This document shows positions 60,296-64,000 of a DNA stretch of 64,000 nt, in pieces. This DNA comes from Phormidium sp. Its GTDB lineage: Bacteria; Cyanobacteriota; Cyanobacteriia; Cyanobacteriales; Aerosakkonemataceae. Within the stretch, counting starts at the first letter, position 1, and each line of letters starts with the position of its first letter. The stretch covers positions 896,001 to 960,000 of the forward strand of contig CP143273.1 in assembly GCA_051013385.1 (NCBI GenBank). Direction: 5' to 3'. The position numbers and the translations under genes were made by a program. The notes beneath the pieces were generated by a model, which was not told the DNA's origin, searched no databases, and was given only the letters and a program-made list of their open reading frames with translations.

Positions 60296-62293
60296 ATGAC
60301 TAACTCTTCATCATTTTCAAAACGCACCTCAACCAGCCTGATAGTCCAAAACTTTTCGCCCTTTGGCAATAAGTTGATTCAAGTGGGCTATGTTAATCCT
60401 GAGCAAATGAAACAAGCGATGGTCGAAAGTCGCTCATCAGGAAGACCATTAACAGAGATTCTAGAGTCGCTAACCGGAAGACAGTTGCCCCCAGACTTGT
60501 TACGTCAGTACAAGAAACAGCAGCTGTTTGAATTAAAGATTCTCTTTGGTGTGGAATCTCTCGATCCAGAAATCAACGATGTCCCTGTTAATCAGCTAGG
60601 GGAGTTGATTGACTCATTAATTCCGATCGATATCTGTCGCCGTTATCGTTTAGTGCCTTTATCTAAAAATGATACTCAGCCGCCTAGTGTGCTGATCGCT
60701 ATGGTCAATCCTGATGACCTAGAAGCCTTAGATGACTTGAACCGGATTTTACGGCTTCAAGGTTTGGCATTGCAACGGATGGTGATTACCAGAGAAGACT
60801 ATGAGCAACTGATTACTAAGTATTTAGATGAATTAGCTGCAAGCACAGCCCTAAAGGCTGACGATAACCGAGTCAAGATCGACGACATCATAGATGGGCT
60901 GGATATAGAAGGTTTAGAAGCTGTACCCAACGAAGAGCAAGACCTTGACGCAGACGGTAAGGAGTCATCAGCGCCAATTATTAACTTGGTGAACAAGATT
61001 TTGATTAAGGCTTTGCAGGAAGGTGCTTCCGATATTCACGTTGAGCCGCAAGAAGAGACTTTAAGGATTAGATTTCGTAAGGATGGGGTCCTGCAACAGG
61101 CATTTGATCCTTTACCGAAGCAAATTATTCCGGCGGTGACGGCTCGGTTTAAGGTAATTTCGGATTTGGATATTGCGGAACGCCGACAAGCACAAGATGG
61201 TCGGATTCGCCGGATGTTTAATGGACGTAAGATTGACTTCCGGGTGAGTACGTTACCTAGCCGCTATGGGGAAAAGGTGGTGTTGCGGATTTTGGATAAC
61301 TCGTCAACTCAGCTGGGATTGGATAAGTTAATTACTAATCCAGATACGTTGGCGTTAGTCCGAGAAATGGCTAGTCGTCCGTTTGGGTTGATTCTGGTAA
61401 CGGGGCCTACGGGTTCTGGTAAGTCAACGAGTTTATACTCGGTGTTGGCAGAACGGAACGATCCGGGAGTAAATATTAGTACAGTAGAAGACCCGATCGA
61501 ATACACTTTGCCAGGGATTACTCAGGTGCAGGTAATTCGGGAAAAAGGCTTAGATTTTGCGACGGCGCTGCGGGCTTTCTTGCGACAAGATCCAGATGTG
61601 ATTCTGGTGGGTGAAACGCGGGACAAAGAAACGGCGAAAACGGCGATCGAATCAGCATTAACAGGTCACTTAGTATTAACTACTTTACACACGAATGATG
61701 CGGCGGGTGCGATCGCTCGTCTAGATGAAATGGGCGTAGAACCATTCATGGTGTCCGGTGCTTTACTCGGTGTATTGGCACAACGGTTGATGCGGCGCGT
61801 TTGTCCTGATTGTCGCATTCCCTATACACCCGAACCGGAAGAACTGGCTCGTTTTGGTTTAACTGCTTCTGGTGATGTAGACCTGTTAATTTACAAGGCG
61901 AATACCATCCCACCAGCCGAAAGACCCAATGATAAAAACCTCTGCAAAACTTGTAAGGGAGTAGGCTACAAAGGTCGGGTTGGGGTTTACGAAGTATTGA
62001 AAGTTACAGAAAATCTGCAACTTTTAATTAGTCAAGGCGCACCCACAGAACGCATTAAAGAAGCGGCTGTAGAAGAAGGCATGGTGACATTGCTGGCATA
62101 CAGCTTACAGTTGGTAAGGGAAGGTCGGACTACCCTAGAAGAAGTAGAGCGCGTTACCTTTACTGATTCAGGGTTAGAGGCAGAATTAAAAGCCAAACGC
62201 AAGAGCGCCCTTACCTGTCGCGTTTGTGATGCCGGACTACAACAAGAGTGGATTGAATGTCCTTACTGCCTAACACTCAGGTTTAGCGAATAG
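60296..62293 (+). CDS. pilB: Type IV pilus assembly ATPase PilB
   Basis: ASDIHVEP, GPTGSGKS, LRQDPDVILVGETRD, C-terminal Cys-rich extension. Confidence 0.94.
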   Translation: MTNSSSFSKRTSTSLIVQNFSPFGNKLIQVGYVNPEQMKQAMVESRSSGRPLTEILESLTGRQLPPDLLRQYKKQQLFELKILFGVESLDPEINDVPVNQLGELIDSLIPIDICRRYRLVPLSKNDTQPPSVLIAMVNPDDLEALDDLNRILRLQGLALQRMVITREDYEQLITKYLDELAASTALKADDNRVKIDDIIDGLDIEGLEAVPNEEQDLDADGKESSAPIINLVNKILIKALQEGASDIHVEPQEETLRIRFRKDGVLQQAFDPLPKQIIPAVTARFKVISDLDIAERRQAQDGRIRRMFNGRKIDFRVSTLPSRYGEKVVLRILDNSSTQLGLDKLITNPDTLALVREMASRPFGLILVTGPTGSGKSTSLYSVLAERNDPGVNISTVEDPIEYTLPGITQVQVIREKGLDFATALRAFLRQDPDVILVGETRDKETAKTAIESALTGHLVLTTLHTNDAAGAIARLDEMGVEPFMVSGALLGVLAQRLMRRVCPDCRIPYTPEPEELARFGLTASGDVDLLIYKANTIPPAERPNDKNLCKTCKGVGYKGRVGVYEVLKVTENLQLLISQGAPTERIKEAAVEEGMVTLLAYSLQLVREGRTTLEEVERVTFTDSGLEAELKAKRKSALTCRVCDAGLQQEWIECPYCLTLRFSE

Positions 62294-62451
62294 CAGCGAT
62301 CGAGTTATTGGTCATTGAGTCATTGGTCAAAGGTGCATCGAACAACTAGCAATGAACAAAAAAACAAAAGTAAAAATGACAAATGACCAAAACTATTTGG
62401 GCAAACTAAGAATACTAAACAAATAAATCTACTGCTAACGGAGACAGTCTT

Positions 62452-63564
62452 ATGCCGATGGAAATGATGATTGAAGACTTAATGGAACAATTAATTGAGA
62501 TGGGCGGCTCGGATATGCACATCCAAGCTGGCGCACCTGTATATTTCCGGGTCAGTGGGAAACTGGGGCCAGTTGGTGAGGAACCGATGACGGCAGAAGA
62601 GTGTCAACGCTTAATTTTTAGTATGCTCAATAACTCGCAACGGAAAGAGTTGGAGCAGAACTGGGAATTAGACTGTGCTTATGGGGTGAAAGGATTAGCT
62701 CGGTTCCGGGTGAATGTTTACCGGGAACGGGGGGCTTGGGCGGCTTGTTTGCGAGCTTTGTCTTCTAAGATTCCGAATTTCGATAAATTGGGGTTGCCAG
62801 ATGTGGTGCGGGAAGCCACCGAAAGACCGAGAGGCATGGTGCTGGTGACTGGACAAACGGGGTCTGGAAAAACGACGACGATGGCGGCGATGATCGATTT
62901 GATCAACCGCACGCGAAACGAACATATTCTGACGGTGGAAGATCCGATCGAATATGTATTCCCGAACATTAAAAGCTTGGTTCACCAACGGCAAAAAGGT
63001 GAAGATACTAAGAGTTTTGCTAATGCTCTCAAAGCAGCATTACGGGAAGACCCAGATGTAATCCTGGTAGGTGAAATGCGGGACTTAGAAACGATCGGCT
63101 TGGCAATTTCCGCAGCCGAAACAGGTCACTTGGTATTTGGCACTCTGCACACAAACTCAGCTGCTCAGACCATTGACCGGATGTTGGACGTATTCCCGCC
63201 AATTCAACAACCCCAAATTCGAGCGATGCTTTCTAACTCTTTGGTAGCTGTATTCAGCCAAAACTTGGTACCAAAACAAAATGTTAAACCAGGGGAATAT
63301 GGTCGGGTAATGGTTCAGGAGATTATGGTGATTACACCTGCTATTTCTAACCTAATTCGGGAGGGCAAAACTTCCCAAATTTACTCGGCAATTCAAACCG
63401 GAGGTAAATTGGGAATGCAAACTATGGAAATGTCCTTAGCTAACTACTACAAATCAGGGGCTATTTCTTACGAGGCTGCCATGAGTAAATCTTCTAAACC
63501 TGATGAATTACAAAGGTTAATTGGCCCAGCACCAGCTGGAGTAAAAGTCGGATCAGCCCACTAA
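62452..63564 (+). CDS. pilT: Type IV pilus retraction ATPase PilT
   Basis: GQTGSGKTTT, LREDPDVILVGEMRD, AISNLIREGK, GMQT. Confidence 0.95.
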   Translation: MPMEMMIEDLMEQLIEMGGSDMHIQAGAPVYFRVSGKLGPVGEEPMTAEECQRLIFSMLNNSQRKELEQNWELDCAYGVKGLARFRVNVYRERGAWAACLRALSSKIPNFDKLGLPDVVREATERPRGMVLVTGQTGSGKTTTMAAMIDLINRTRNEHILTVEDPIEYVFPNIKSLVHQRQKGEDTKSFANALKAALREDPDVILVGEMRDLETIGLAISAAETGHLVFGTLHTNSAAQTIDRMLDVFPPIQQPQIRAMLSNSLVAVFSQNLVPKQNVKPGEYGRVMVQEIMVITPAISNLIREGKTSQIYSAIQTGGKLGMQTMEMSLANYYKSGAISYEAAMSKSSKPDELQRLIGPAPAGVKVGSAH

Positions 63565-63796
63565 GTTAAGTTAGGATAGCGGTGTTAGGTAGTAGGTAAC
63601 AAGTTTTGAGTTTGTAAGGGCGGGTTTTGTGCAGAAATTGTTTGTCAGGTGCAGAAATTGTCTGCTAAACCCGCCTACACAGAGTTTTGAGTTGAACAGA
63701 TGTGTAGATTCCAAAGTCATCACTCATAACTCATCACTGTTTAAACCAACTACTAAATAAACAAAAATAAATTAAACAAAAAGTTTGGTGTTAACT

Positions 63797-64000
63797 ATGC
63801 CTACTTTCTTAGCCCAAGTTAGAGACTCTCAAGGAGTTGCCAAAAAAGAAAAAGTAGTTGCCGAATCTATCAGGGATGCCCGTGCGCTTCTGAGAGAGAA
63901 GGGAATGACAATTCAAGACCTCAAGGAAGCAAAAAGCTTTAGCTTGAAAGAGTTTGATTTTCAAGCCGCAATGGCGAAGGTCACTGTCAAGGATAAAGCG
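63797..64000 (+). CDS. pilC: Type IV pilus platform protein PilC (5' part; runs off the window end)
   Basis: ATG 63797, MPTFLAQVRDSQG..KVTVKDKA, open to the window end; follows pilB-pilT. Confidence 0.8.
   Translation, partial: MPTFLAQVRDSQGVAKKEKVVAESIRDARALLREKGMTIQDLKEAKSFSLKEFDFQAAMAKVTVKDKA

Noticed and set aside
62210..62293. Cys-rich C-terminal extension of PilB
   Set aside because: A known feature of cyanobacterial PilB1; not novel.

Overview
A 64-kb window from a cyanobacterium. The evidence is frequent HIP1 octamers (GCGATCGC), psbM, the ycf35 triad, bioU, cyanobacterial pilB-pilT-pilC and STRR-type heptamer repeats; the repeat-rich style suggests a filamentous strain (inference). 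Housekeeping blocks are pgk, ylqF, tolC, psbM, tRNA-Val, grpE-dnaK-dnaJ-rsgA and pilBTC. The main discovery is a complete lasso-peptide gene cluster at 26272-34210 with order B1-B2-C-A-kinase-methyltransferase-ABC exporter-nucleotidyltransferase. Its 54-aa precursor (28841-29005) is missing from the ORF track. The precursor has a canonical leader, ends in Ser, has an unusual ring geometry (Asp at core position 10, or a Gln1 start with a 9-residue ring), and lies next to a PRMT-like methyltransferase. Other notable items: an ORF-less IS200/IS605-type omegaRNA-like element and a 6S-like structured RNA candidate upstream of tolC; a decayed accessory region with toxin-antitoxin remnants at the 3' side of tRNA-Val; a hemerythrin/general-stress island sharing a 16-bp upstream motif; a MITE family; and several repeats inserted in frame into genes (NB-ARC, Mg-chelatase H, rsgA). 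All calls come from reading the sequence and recalling family motifs; no database searches were run.
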